Source of the DNA: Octopus vulgaris
Taxonomy: Eukaryota
NCBI GenBank assembly: GCA_951406725.2
Contig: OX597817.1
Coordinates: 153,202,001 to 153,266,000 of the forward strand
Direction of reading: 5' to 3'
Length of the DNA stretch: 64,000 bases
In this document: in pieces, positions 14,013 to 27,019 of the stretch
Position numbering within the stretch: the stretch's first letter is position 1
Layout: each line of letters begins with the position of its first letter
Program-made: the position numbers and the translations under genes
Notes under the pieces: model-generated
What the model was told of the DNA's origin: nothing
What the model saw: the letters and a program-made list of their open reading frames with translations, nothing else
Databases searched by the model: none

Positions 14013-14300
14013 AAAGCGGCGAGCTGGCAGAAACGTTAGCACGCCGGGCGAAATGCTTCGAGGTATTTCGTCTGCCGTTACGTTCTGAGTTCAAATTCCG
14101 CTGAGGTCGACTTTGCCTTTCATCCTTTCGGGGTCGATAAATTAGGTACCAGTTACGCACTGGGGTCGATATAATCGACTTAATCCGTTTGTCTGTCCTT
14201 GTTTGTCCCCTCTGAGTTTAGCCCCTTGTGGGTAGTAAAGAAATAGGTATATTCGACTAACATGCTCCATTCAAAATTGTTGGCCTTGTGCCTAAACACA
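14013..14300 (+). mobile_element. SINE family A
   Basis: GCGGCGAGCTGGCAGAAACG head, central block and CCCCTTGTGGGTAGTAAAGAAATA segment. Confidence 0.87.
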
Positions 14301-15186
14301 AAATCATTCTTACTTCTTCGTTGTTGTTCTATACACCTTGTCTACTATGTCTTTATGTAGATGAAACAGAAATAAATGATAAAATATTAAAGAAAAAGAA
14401 AGAAAAAAAAACACCGACCCTTATGCATTTCTCATTATAAGGAAAACACGCCAGGGTCCTTTCAGTGGCAAAATAATCCGAAAGAAAAATGGATTTTTTC
14501 TTACGTTGGAACGTTGTAAATCTTTGGAGATTGCTAAAACGCCTCTCGCCACAGCAAGAAACAGCAACTGCGACGTCGACGACGATGATGATGATGATGA
14601 TGATAATGTTGATGATAAAACTCCCTTCTCTTTGTGATACCTTTTCAAATTAGTCATAGAAAACTTAGTCTATTCTCCACAAGACAGCTTAAGCTGTAAG
14701 GAAATTTCAAAATGGCAGCTTTAGCTGTCGATTCATTAAAAGGAAGAAAAAATAAAAACAGAAAAAAACATGAAAAAGCAAAACACATCAACATCAAAAG
14801 CGAATGAACAAATCCTATGAAAATAAGGAATATGACAAATAACAAACATAATGTAGATGAAAAATATCAATCAGTCAATCAATCATTCAACCAATGAATA
14901 AATCAATAAATACAGCTGCAAATCAACAAATTCAGAATGAGAAAACAAGAAAAAAGAAAATGCGTCTCCGGAATGACAATACAGATTACTATGTAGCGTA
15001 GAGAAGACATCTTGGTAATTTGTCGCCATTCGCCTGTAATTTGTCCTGTTGATAAACGAAGTGAATATCAAGCCAAATTTTACAAGCTAATGCTAACATT
15101 CGCTTTACTTAATCCGTTCTCTTCTTTCTTTCCCAGTTTTTTTTTCTTTCTTATCATTATTTTATGTTCTGCTTCACAATTTCTTC

Positions 15187-15265
<79 letters not shown>

Positions 15266-15364
15266 TCGTTATGGCATTCTGATCTGGAAGTTCGCTTTGC
15301 AATCATGTGATTCCAGGCTGTAAAACAATATGCAGTTCCTTAGAACAGGCCTCGCTTACTATCT

Positions 15365-16014
<650 letters not shown>

Positions 16015-16019
<5 letters not shown>

Positions 16020-16925
16020 TAAGGAAAAATTTTTTTAAAAATGCAGAATGCTCAAATGAAATAAAATTTTAATAAAATGAGAAAATGATAAAATATATAA
16101 ATATATATATTTATTCAACCGGTTTTCGTCAATGTATGACTTGTCAAGAATATTTATGTTTTAAGAAGTTTTTTTGAAAATTAGAAAGGGGAAAAAAAGA
16201 AAATTGCAATGTTTTTTGTAAAAGAATAATGATAAAAATGTACAAAAATTAAAAAATAAGTTCTCCGATACATTGTGAGTTCGTTGTGTAACTTGAGTTT
16301 TATGGTTGTTTACCAAAAAGTTACCTTGAGGTGTTAAGATCCAAAGGGATTAAGAGCATGTGATGTGTTGTGTTGTTGAATACAGCATGTTGCAGGACAG
16401 GAAGTAGTAGTAATTGTGGTCCTGGTTCTTCAGTTCCTGTGTTGTGAGTAAGGGGAGAAAACTCTTTTGAGTTCTTCAATAAAACCCAAATTATAAAACT
16501 ATCATTTTAGCTTCATTTGCATTATCTTTTTTATATATAATTGCTTGTTAACTTAACTTTCAGATTTTAACACTTTATTTATATTATTTTCTAATAATAT
16601 AAAACTGCATAGACAATTGCATTTCAAATTGTCATATCATTTATAATAAAAATGATAGTAGTAACAACAACAATAGTGAAAATGATATTTAAAGAATATA
16701 AGTTTTAGCTTGAAGTGGTGAATGCATGGTATCTTTATATATTTGTGTTAGTCCATCCATGAAGAGTGAGGTAGAGAAAGGAAGTTTGATCAACGAGGAG
16801 TTTGCATATTAAGTTGTGTTTGGAATTTTTCAATAAAGAGATTCTCCTTGTTAATTCTCTCCTGTGTGGTGATCCCGTCTTTACATTGGTAGAAGGGGAA
16901 TATATAGAATTTGGGGTTTAAGTCT
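16015..16925 (-). repeat. Inverted 5' pseudo-LTR (copy of 19834-20743)
   Basis: Near-identical reverse complement. I noticed one substitution and one homopolymer length difference. Confidence 0.95.
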
Positions 16926-17869
16926 ACGCTGGGAAAACAACAAAGATTTCTTCCTCAACTATGAAACACAATTCATATTAAACCATAAATCCAAAAACCC
17001 ATTCATAAAAGTACCCACAACACAGACTTCCACTGTACCCCATAAACACCCTTCCAAACCGCACCTCAAATACACATACTCTCCAAACCCCCTCCTAACA
17101 GGACACAACCTCCCCCAACCATATAAAAAAAAAAAAAAAAAAAAAAACCCTTTCCCCCCCGAAACATCTCAAACAAGACCCACCACAAAACCTGGTTTTC
17201 CAATCACTCTAACACCCCTCCCCCACCGATTAGAACCTTCAAGAACCTCCCATACACTAGAAATTATCCCCCCTCAAGGCTCCCCTCCCTCACACTAATA
17301 ACAAACAAGGCATCCTACCCACACCGATACATATAAGACCCACTCAACGAACCCCCTATAGTCCACCCATCCAACAACCACATTCCTACCACATCTCCTA
17401 CAGATCTCCAAACCCTCACATCCCACACGAACCCAATCACCACAACTACATACCCTCCTACATCCCCCCATACAATCTACCAGACACACACCCACAAACC
17501 CATCGCATTTCTCACAAAACCTTACACCATCGCATCCCATACCAACACAAATACGACAACTACCTACCCCCCTCCAACCTCCCCACCCAAAAACACTCCT
17601 ACACATACAACCAGAACTTTAACAAAGAATACACCCCTTACCTCAACAACCATTTTTTAGACAGGGGGAAAAATACAAACACCACCGCTAACACAGACCC
17701 AAAATAAGAAAACAAAAATTATAAACCTCTCCAGCAAAACACTGACACCAACCCAAATCAACATCCTAGCAAGAGGTTTGAAATTCACACCCACCCCAAG
17801 AACACCCAACCCCCGGAGGTCAAGGATGACGTTTCTGAATTCTGCAGAAAACTTCGCCTAACAGAAGCT

Positions 17870-19969
17870 TTGACAGATATCAACAATGGGGACGACTCAT
17901 TGATCAGAAATAAAAGCAACTTCCTACCACCAAAAGGGAGAAATAAAACACTGGACGATTTCTGTAAACACATCCAGAGTCTCCCCTTTACCCCAAGCAA
18001 AACCAAGGTAAAATCCAATTTCAGTAAGGAAGAATGGGAAAACCTACGTGACATACAACTGGATAAAAACCTCACCATCAAAGAAGCGGACAAAGGGAGT
18101 GCTGTGGTCCTTATGGACACGGAATTTTATAAACACCTAGTGTTCTCCATGCTTAACAATAACATTTTCTATGAGGTTATTAACAACTACAAACAGCAAA
18201 AAACAATCAGAAACCTCACCACACTCATACGCCAACACGGCCAGGGACTCACAGAAAAAGAAAGGGATTATATCACCATTTTCAAATGCAAGCCCAGCCT
18301 TTTTTATGGCCTTCCTAAAATCCATAAAAACAAATACATCACCGAAGCCTGCAAACTCTCCACTGACATCCACATCAACATCAAAGCACCGGAGGACCTA
18401 AAACTAAGGCCCATCGTGGCGGGTACCTCCTGTGAAACACACCGCCTGAGTAACTTCCTAGACATCCTTTTGAAACCTTTCCTTACCCACATCAAAAGTT
18501 TCATTAGGGATGATCTGGACATGCTCAAACACCTCCCGAAAACAGTTAACGAGGGGGCAATCCTGGTATCCTTTGATGTCATCAACCTCTACACCAACAT
18601 TCCACATGAGTATGGTATAGAGGCAATTGACTTCTGGCTAGAAAAACACCCAGAGACATTCCCTGACCGCATTAACAAGTCTTTTATTACAGAATCTCTT
18701 AAGTTCATTCTGACAAACAATTTTTTTCTCTTCGACGACACACACTACCGTCAAAAATGTGGCATTGCGATGGGTACCAAGGCTGCACCAGTCCTTGCGA
18801 ACCTCATAATGGGTTACTTCGAACTGTCACTCTATGAAATATCAAGCCAGAAATTTGGACATGTTTTCCACACCTACCTAATGGAAAACTGGAAAAGGTA
18901 TTTAGATGATTGTTTCATCATATGGAAAGAACCTTATGATAAACTCCTGGAATTCAAAACCATACTAAACAACATACATCCCAACATCCAATTCACTATG
19001 GAATTTAGCAAACATCATCTCCCATTCCTTGATCTCCTAATTATAAAAACACCTAAAAACCAAATCATAACAGACATCTACCACAAACCTACAGACTCAC
19101 AACAATACCTCCTCTTTAGTTCATGCCACCCAAAACACACCAAGACAAATATCCCTTTCAATTTAGCTAAAAGGGTATGCACCATTGTCTCGGATCCAAA
19201 AACACGAGAAATACGCCTTCAAGACCTCAAAAAAACACTATTACAACGTCAATATCCCTCCACCCTTATAGAGTATGGAATAAAACGCGCCAAAGAACTA
19301 GACAACACTACACTGAAAACCACCCAACCTAACACCACACACAACCTCAAAATACTTCCATACATTTCCACCCACAACCCCAAAAATATCGAAGCATACA
19401 CCACAATCATACAAAACCTCAGTCTACTGTCAACAGACCCAAAAATGAAAAACATTATAAATACACACAAAATCCTCAAATGCAAAAGGCAACACAAATC
19501 TTTAAAAAAACTCTTGACAAATGCCAAACTTCACACACCACATCCACCCCCAACAGTAAAAAAATGTGCACGCTCAAACTGTGGTACCTGCCCCTTTCTA
19601 CTTGAAGGCTCTGAATTTACCTTCAAACAAGGTACGAAGTTTAAAATCAAGACTAACTTCTCCTGTTCCTCCGAGAACCTTATCTACGTTCTCACATGCG
19701 CTGGTTGCCAACATAATTATGTGGGACAAACGAGTCTCCCGTTACGTAAACGAGTAACGGTGCATAAAGAACAAATAAATCTCCCGGAATACCGACAAAT
19801 TCCACTGAGTGACCACTTAGACTCATGTGCCAAAGACTTAAACCCCAAATTCTATATATTCCCCTTCTACCAATGTAAAGACGGGATCACCACACAGGAG
19901 AGAATTAACAAGGAGAATCTCTTTATTGAAAAATTCCAAACACAACTTAATATGCAAACTCCTCGTTGA
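17870..19969 (+). CDS. Penelope-like polyprotein: reverse transcriptase + GIY-YIG endonuclease (true N-terminus extends upstream across a frameshift)
   Basis: 699 aa without stops. RT motifs ADKG, YGLPKIHK, LRPIV, SFDVINLYTNI, GIAMG, RYLDD, LPFLD. Cys linker CARSNCGTC. Endonuclease NLIYVLTC..C...YVGQT...LRKR...E. The N-terminal motif IINLSSKTLT...ILARGLKFTPTP lies at 17718-17798 in another frame. Confidence 0.95.
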   Translation: MTDINNGDDSLIRNKSNFLPPKGRNKTLDDFCKHIQSLPFTPSKTKVKSNFSKEEWENLRDIQLDKNLTIKEADKGSAVVLMDTEFYKHLVFSMLNNNIFYEVINNYKQQKTIRNLTTLIRQHGQGLTEKERDYITIFKCKPSLFYGLPKIHKNKYITEACKLSTDIHINIKAPEDLKLRPIVAGTSCETHRLSNFLDILLKPFLTHIKSFIRDDLDMLKHLPKTVNEGAILVSFDVINLYTNIPHEYGIEAIDFWLEKHPETFPDRINKSFITESLKFILTNNFFLFDDTHYRQKCGIAMGTKAAPVLANLIMGYFELSLYEISSQKFGHVFHTYLMENWKRYLDDCFIIWKEPYDKLLEFKTILNNIHPNIQFTMEFSKHHLPFLDLLIIKTPKNQIITDIYHKPTDSQQYLLFSSCHPKHTKTNIPFNLAKRVCTIVSDPKTREIRLQDLKKTLLQRQYPSTLIEYGIKRAKELDNTTLKTTQPNTTHNLKILPYISTHNPKNIEAYTTIIQNLSLLSTDPKMKNIINTHKILKCKRQHKSLKKLLTNAKLHTPHPPPTVKKCARSNCGTCPFLLEGSEFTFKQGTKFKIKTNFSCSSENLIYVLTCAGCQHNYVGQTSLPLRKRVTVHKEQINLPEYRQIPLSDHLDSCAKDLNPKFYIFPFYQCKDGITTQERINKENLFIEKFQTQLNMQTPR

Positions 19970-20605
19970 TCAAACTTCCTTTCTCTACCTCACTCTTCAT
20001 GGATGGACTAACACAAATATATAAAGATACCATGCATTCACCACTTCAAGCTAAAACTTATATTCTTTAAATATCATTTTCACTATTGTTGTTGTTACTA
20101 CTATCATTTTTATTATAAATGATATGACAATTTGAAATGCAATTGTCTATGCAGTTTTATATTATTAGAAAATAATATAAATAAAGTGTTAAAATCTGAA
20201 AGTTAAGTTAACAAGCAATTATATATAAAAAAGATAATGCAAATGAAGCTAAAATGATAGTTTTATAATTTGGGTTTTATTGAAGAACTCAAAAGAGTTT
20301 TCTCCCCTTACTCACAACACAGGAACTGAAGAACCAGGACCACAATTACTACTACTTCCTGTCCTGCAACATGCTGTATTCAACAACACAACACATCACA
20401 TGCTCTTAATCCCTTTGGATCTTAACACCTCAAGGTAACTTTTTGGTAAACAACCATAAAACTCAAGATACACAACGAACTCACAATGTATCGGAGAACT
20501 TATTTTTTAATTTTTGTACATTTTTATCATTATTCTTTTACAAAAAACATTGCAATTTTCTTTTTTTCCCCTTTCTAATTTTCAAAAAACTTCTTAAAAC
20601 ATAAA

Positions 20606-20646
20606 TATTCTTGACAAGTCATACATTGACGAAAACCGGTTGAATA
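20606..20646 (+). ncRNA. Minimal type I hammerhead-like motif in the pseudo-LTR (second copy at 16112-16152, minus strand)
   Basis: TATTC-TTGACAA-GTCA-tacat-TGAC-GAAAA-CCGG-TT-GAATA: stems I and II pair, stem III is palindromic, U3/A8 replaces C3/G8, and there is one extra A. Confidence 0.6.
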
Positions 20647-20785
20647 AATATATATATTTATATATTTTATCATTTTCTCATTTTATTAAAATTTTATTTC
20701 ATTTGAGCATTCTGCATTTTTAAAAAAATTTTTCCTTACTTATCATTTCTCCACGTGCGGTCAACACAACCCCACCATTTATTGA

Positions 20786-20830
<45 letters not shown>

Positions 20831-20892
20831 ATGTATGTATGTATTTATGTATGTATATATATTTATACATGTATATGTATATATGTATATAC

Positions 20893-20985
<93 letters not shown>

Positions 20986-21199
20986 ATATATACATATACA
21001 TGTATGTATGTATTTATGTATGTATATATATTTATATACGTATATATGCATATACATACATAAATATAAGAGGGAATATTTTTATAACCCCTATGTGGAA
21101 ACACTTACGCTAGAAGAAGATCCGCTATGGTCTTAACCACTAAGAATTGTTATCAAATTAATATCCAATTTTTCACCCTCGTTTTGATTATGTATATAC

Positions 21200-21253
<54 letters not shown>

Positions 21254-21258
21254 TATAT

Positions 21259-21952
<694 letters not shown>

Positions 21953-21954
<2 letters not shown>

Positions 21955-22056
21955 CTATAGTAGAAGACACTTGCCCAAGGTGCCACGCAATGGGACTGAA
22001 CCCGGAACCATGTGGATGGTAAGCAAGCTACTTACCACACAGCCACTCCTGTGCCT
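21953..22056 (-). mobile_element. SINE family B, 5' part
   Basis: Reverse complement of GGCACAGGAGTGGCTGTGTGGTAAG...GGCACCTTGGGCAAGTGTCTTCTACTATAG (tRNA-like head + CORE-like block). Confidence 0.85.
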
Positions 22057-22081
22057 GTATGCATGTATGTATGTATGTATG

Positions 22082-22112
<31 letters not shown>

Positions 22113-22513
22113 GTATGTATGAATGTATGTATGTATGTATGTATGTATGTATGTATTTATGTATGTATGTATGTATGCATGCATGCATGCATGTATGTAT
22201 GTATGTATGTATGTATGTATGTATGTATGTATGTATTTATGTATGTATGCATGTATGTAAGCTTGTATGTATGTATGTATTTATGTATGTATGCATGAAT
22301 GTATGTATGCATGAATGTATGTATGTATGCATGCATGCATGCATGTATGTATGTATGTATGTATTTATGTATGTATGCATAAATGTATGTATGTATGTAT
22401 GTATGTATGTATGTATGTATGCATGCATGCATGCATGCATGCATGTATTTATGTATGTATGTATGTATGTATGTATGTATGTATGTATGTATGTATGTAT
22501 GTATGTATGTATG
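22057..22513. repeat. (ATGT)n/(ATGC)n microsatellite
   Basis: Directly visible. Confidence 0.95.
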
Positions 22514-23172
22514 TGTCTCCTTGACTATCCTTGCGTTGCAAGACGGTGCTCCTTGTTTTTGTCCTGTAACTTAACAGCGTAAGAAATACAAATCGACAAA
22601 CGCTACACTCAAAATAAATACTTGAGCCTCAATATAATTCCGTAAAACCGTTCAAAGCGGTGGCACAGCACTGCTGATATCATAAGTGACACAAGAAAAA
22701 TATAAAAAATATAAAAAATAAAAAAGTAAAACAAGAAGAAAAAATACATAAATGAATATAAGAATATGCATCCATAAATCTGTGGATCGCGGAACGGAAT
22801 CAATATCGCATTAGTCAAACTTCTCCTTTGTGTATGGCTACGTTCCTATACAACGTGAGCTCAACTCTCCTACAGGTTGATCCGACATTTCGTTTTTACG
22901 AGGCCAATTTTCTTTTGTTACTTTCTTATATTGATTCCTATTTGCTGTTAATCTCTTTGCATATTTCCTTCTTTTCTTCTCGTTCTCTCTCTAACTCTCT
23001 ATCGCTCTGTTGTTGCTCATTTTTTTTTTTCTCTCTATATTTCTCTTTCTTTCTCTCTCACCCACATTTTGTTGTTCTGCACTAACATTCCATGTATTCA
23101 TATCCCCTCTCCTCGTCTCCCCTCTTATTTAATGTTTCTCATTTATTATTATCCTCTGTCGTTTATTTCCAT

Positions 23173-23606
23173 TTCTTCTTCTTCTTCTTCTTCTTCTTCT
23201 TCTTCTTCTTCTTCTTCTTCTTCTTCTTCTTCTTCTTCTTCTTCTTCATCATCATCATGATCATGATCATGATGATGATGATGATCATCATCATCATCTT
23301 CTTCTTCTTCTTCTTCTTCTTCTTCTTCTTCTTCTTTTTCTTCTTTTTCTTCTTCTTCTTCATCATCATCATCATCATCTTCTTTTTCTTCTTCTTCTTC
23401 TTCTTCTTCTTCTTCTTCTTCTTCTTCTTCTTCTTCTTCTCACCTAGTTTTATTTTGAAATTTTCTCTAAATTTTCTTTGCTTCTCTGTCTTTTCCGTCC
23501 TTTCTTCCTTTTTTCCTTCCTTCCCTCCCTCCTTCCTTCCTTCCTTCCTTCCTTCCTTCCTTCCTTCCTTCCTTCCTTTCTTTTTCTTTCTTCCTTCCTT
23601 CCTTTT

Positions 23607-23662
<56 letters not shown>
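23173..23662. repeat. Compound (TTC)n/(ATC)n/(TTCC)n/(TTTC)n microsatellite
   Basis: Directly visible. Confidence 0.95.
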
Positions 23663-23663
<1 letters not shown>

Positions 23664-24842
23664 ATTTACACATTTCCTGCGTGTCTTTCTGTATTTTTAT
23701 CTCTCCCCTCTCTCACATTTTCTTTTTCTCCCCGTTCTTTGTGAAATCTTTCCCTTTTATTTACTATTTTCTACGTCTATTGTAATCAATTCTCAGGCTT
23801 CATTTTCACCAAACAGTTGGTGCCAATATGAATCCTCTTTTTAAAACAGGAAAAAAAAAAATCTCAGTGCTGTTTTCACATTTATTATAATATCCTGACA
23901 GTTTCTGATAGGGAAAAAAATGGCGGAGAAGGTGGCGATACGAACAATATTCAGTGTTCAGAATTGATATTCTCTAATTACTATGCCAAGCTTAAATTCA
24001 AATTGTTTACTTTGCTTTTAATCCAATCGTTCTTCTGTCACTTTTACCACTCCTACAATGACTTGTGTGAGCCAATCGCATGGAAGTCTGCGTTGTTGTA
24101 CCACCTGTATGCTAGAAATACTAGTCAGCTTTCTTCGAAAATGCAACTTTAAAGAAAGGAAGGTCATATTGGACAATGAAGACTCAAATATATTCTCCCA
24201 CTTTTCCAGAAATTACCCATTCTCCCACAGAGAAAAATGCATGACTAATCACGGTCAAAATGTTAGGGGTGATAAGGCAATGTTGACCGAGGTAAGATTT
24301 GAACTCAGATGGTAAAACGCAAGAACAAATGCCGCAAGTCATTTTGTTCGATACTTCAACGATTCTGCTAATCAGTCACCTTCACATTTTGTAGAGATAT
24401 TAATTGACGATGCTGTTCTCGTAATATAGGATAGCCTCCATCTAGGACCCATCGAAGAACACTACAGACGTTAAATCATCCTGAAGACCAAATGTATCGT
24501 ACACGCAAGACTATTGTTTCCCTATCTTCAGGCATACATTTAGAGCGGCCTCGTGCAATTATGCAACTTTCGCTACTTCCATCCCTTTTAAAGTAAATTT
24601 TCTAGAGCTCAGCACCCCACTCTTCATCCTTACAGTTCTTTACAAGTGCAACTGAAAAATGTCAGTTGGTGTTTACTCTTAGACCTTTTAACCTCATCAA
24701 AGACACGACCTCTTCTACCACAGCCATCTGGCAAAGGAAGACTACCTTCCCTTTCAAGTTAAAGGAGAGAGGCTACACAAATCACAATGGACTCATCTGA
24801 TAAACGGATCCATTTTATACGTCTCAGCAATAGTTCAGCATG

Positions 24843-25100
24843 TGGAGGCGCGTGGCTTAGTGGTTAGGGTGTCAGCATCATGATCGTAAGATTGTGGTTT
24901 CGATTCCTGAACCTGGCGACGAGTTGTGTTCTTGAGCAAAACACTTCATTTCACGTTGCTCCAGTCCACTCAGCTGGCAAAAATGAGTAACGCTGCGGTG
25001 GACGGCGTCCCGTCCAGCTGGGGAACACATACGCCATAGAAACCGGGAAACCAGGCCCATGAGCCTGGCTAGGGTTTAAAATGGCGCATTTATTTTATTT
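24843..25100 (+). mobile_element. tRNA-derived SINE (family C)
   Basis: A box TGGCTTAGTGG, B-box-like GGTTTCGATTCC, CORE-like TTGAGCAAAACACTT and a (TTTA)-type tail. Confidence 0.8.
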
Positions 25101-26318
25101 AATTGTTCAACATAAAAGCAAAAGTCAGCAATGCTTGGACACTGAACGAATGCGCGCTGAACTATTTTGTCTCTCTGCGTACTTTTTGAACAAGCCTGAC
25201 TGACTAAACTGCACTGCGTGAAAAGTTTACTCCGAACTAGTAGTACCCATCGGTAGTGGTGACACACACAGGATTTTAGAAATTTATCCATAGTTCCCAG
25301 TACGAAAGTTCTCCGACTTCCAAACTGATCAACTGGTTTAATTTTCGTCGTCAACTCATGAAGTTTCAAGTGCGAACGTTGTCGGTGATTTCTTTATTAA
25401 CCACAATGGTTTACATTAAGAAAAACATTATGGAAACCACAGAAGGCGTGTGTATGTCTGTGAGTGTGTGTTGTTGTAAGGGTTTTGCGTGTAAACAAGA
25501 CTATTAGAATTAAAAATTCAACAATGTTTGATCCTCAATAGGGAGGAGACGTTCGAGAGCTTCTCATGAAAAAACAAACCCATAAAAACCATGGGTACCC
25601 TGACTTTTGGGGCAGGTGCCTTTTTTCTTTTCCTTTTTTTCCAGCTACAGACGTATGCTAAGGGCAGGCCCGTTCACTCGCACAATTCTCGCCACTTTGA
25701 AACCATCATCATCATCGTCATCGTTATTCTCAGCAGCAGCAGTAGCCGCTGTTCAGGAATTTGGACCTGGAGATCTCCATTTCCAGCGACTTCGAGGGTC
25801 ACTTCTCAGTAGTGTCGGGCGTCAACGAAGAGCCCTCGACTACAACAAGACGACCAAATATTTTTTTTTCCCAAGGTCTGGGGTCTCCCGCCTCTAAGCC
25901 CTAGACCATCACCTAATCATCCTTACCCGTCTTGTTGCTTAACAACAACAACAACACCAGCAGCAGCAGCAGCAGCAGTTGTTCCAAGAGATTCTATCAA
26001 AGTGAAGTTCTGAAAGATAGGCGAGTATCCTGGACAATCTAGCTCACATGCAAACACTTATTTCTCTTTTTCAGTCTCTTATTATATTTCTATATACTTT
26101 CTGTCTTTCGATTTCTTTCTCTCTCCTCCCTAAACTCTCCCCTCCTCTCTCTCTCTCTCACACACACACACGCATAAATTCTAGCTTCGCCATTAGACAT
26201 TGAATAGATTAATGTCTCGTTCCAGTGAGATTTCTCGATGTACCAGTCTGTATGAGCAAAGGTAAACTGTAGTAAATGGTGTGTGTTTATATATGTATAT
26301 ACATACATATATGTGTGT

Positions 26319-26359
<41 letters not shown>

Positions 26360-26841
26360 GTGCGTATGTGTGTGTGAGTGAGTGTGCCTTTATGTGTGTT
26401 TGTATGGATGGAGAAGTGGTGAAGTGAACGAGAAGGAGAGAGAGAGGAGAAACGTTGTCATGTAACGTAAGAAAGGTCAGCGGTGTGGCCTTAGATCATT
26501 GACCTTTTCATTAGATTCTGGTTTGTGATGGAGGAGGAGAAGATGACAGAAGAGGATGTGGTAAATAAAAAGAAACAATAAGATGGCACAAATAGGCAAT
26601 TTCACTGTGTGTGTATGTATATATATATATATATATATATGTGTGCGTGTGTGCGTGTGTGTGTGTGCGTGTTTGTGACTGTGTATGTGTGTGATCTGTC
26701 TGTCCACTTTTATTCTCCTTCATTCTCTCACATGACTGTGCTTAAAATCACATGATGTGACCAAATAAATGGACACTTTACAATCGACATCTTGGTTCGA
26801 ATTCCCTCGCGGGAATTTGGTTGAACGGTAACAGTGACATC

Positions 26842-26872
<31 letters not shown>

Positions 26873-26915
26873 GTTATTGTTGTTGTTGTTGGTGTTGTTG
26901 TTGTTGTTGTTATTG

Positions 26916-26983
<68 letters not shown>

Positions 26984-27019
26984 GAGTCAGAGAACAGAGC
27001 ATACTATCAAAGTGACAAA

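Larger units (their letters stand above)
16015..20787 (+). mobile_element. Penelope-like retroelement (Neptune-like) with inverted pseudo-LTRs, inserted in (TA)n
   Basis: RT + GIY-YIG ORF. 16015-16925 is the reverse complement of 19834-20743. A 44-nt unpaired tail lies at 20744-20787. (TA)n on both flanks. Confidence 0.95.

Noticed and set aside
17653-17660. HIV-type UUUUUUA -1 frameshift as the sole link into the RT frame
   Set aside because: As assembled, a -1 shift leads to a frame that stops at ~17689, so it is kept only as an untested alternative.
21062-21190. Insert between (TA)n with CTAGAAGA-AGATCC...GGTCT
   Set aside because: Possibly a very decayed hammerhead relic, but the GAAA box is absent.
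24843-24920. tRNA gene-like sequence (also 42954-43020 and 51775-51847)
   Set aside because: These are SINE heads that continue into SINE bodies, and no proper cloverleaf is evident.
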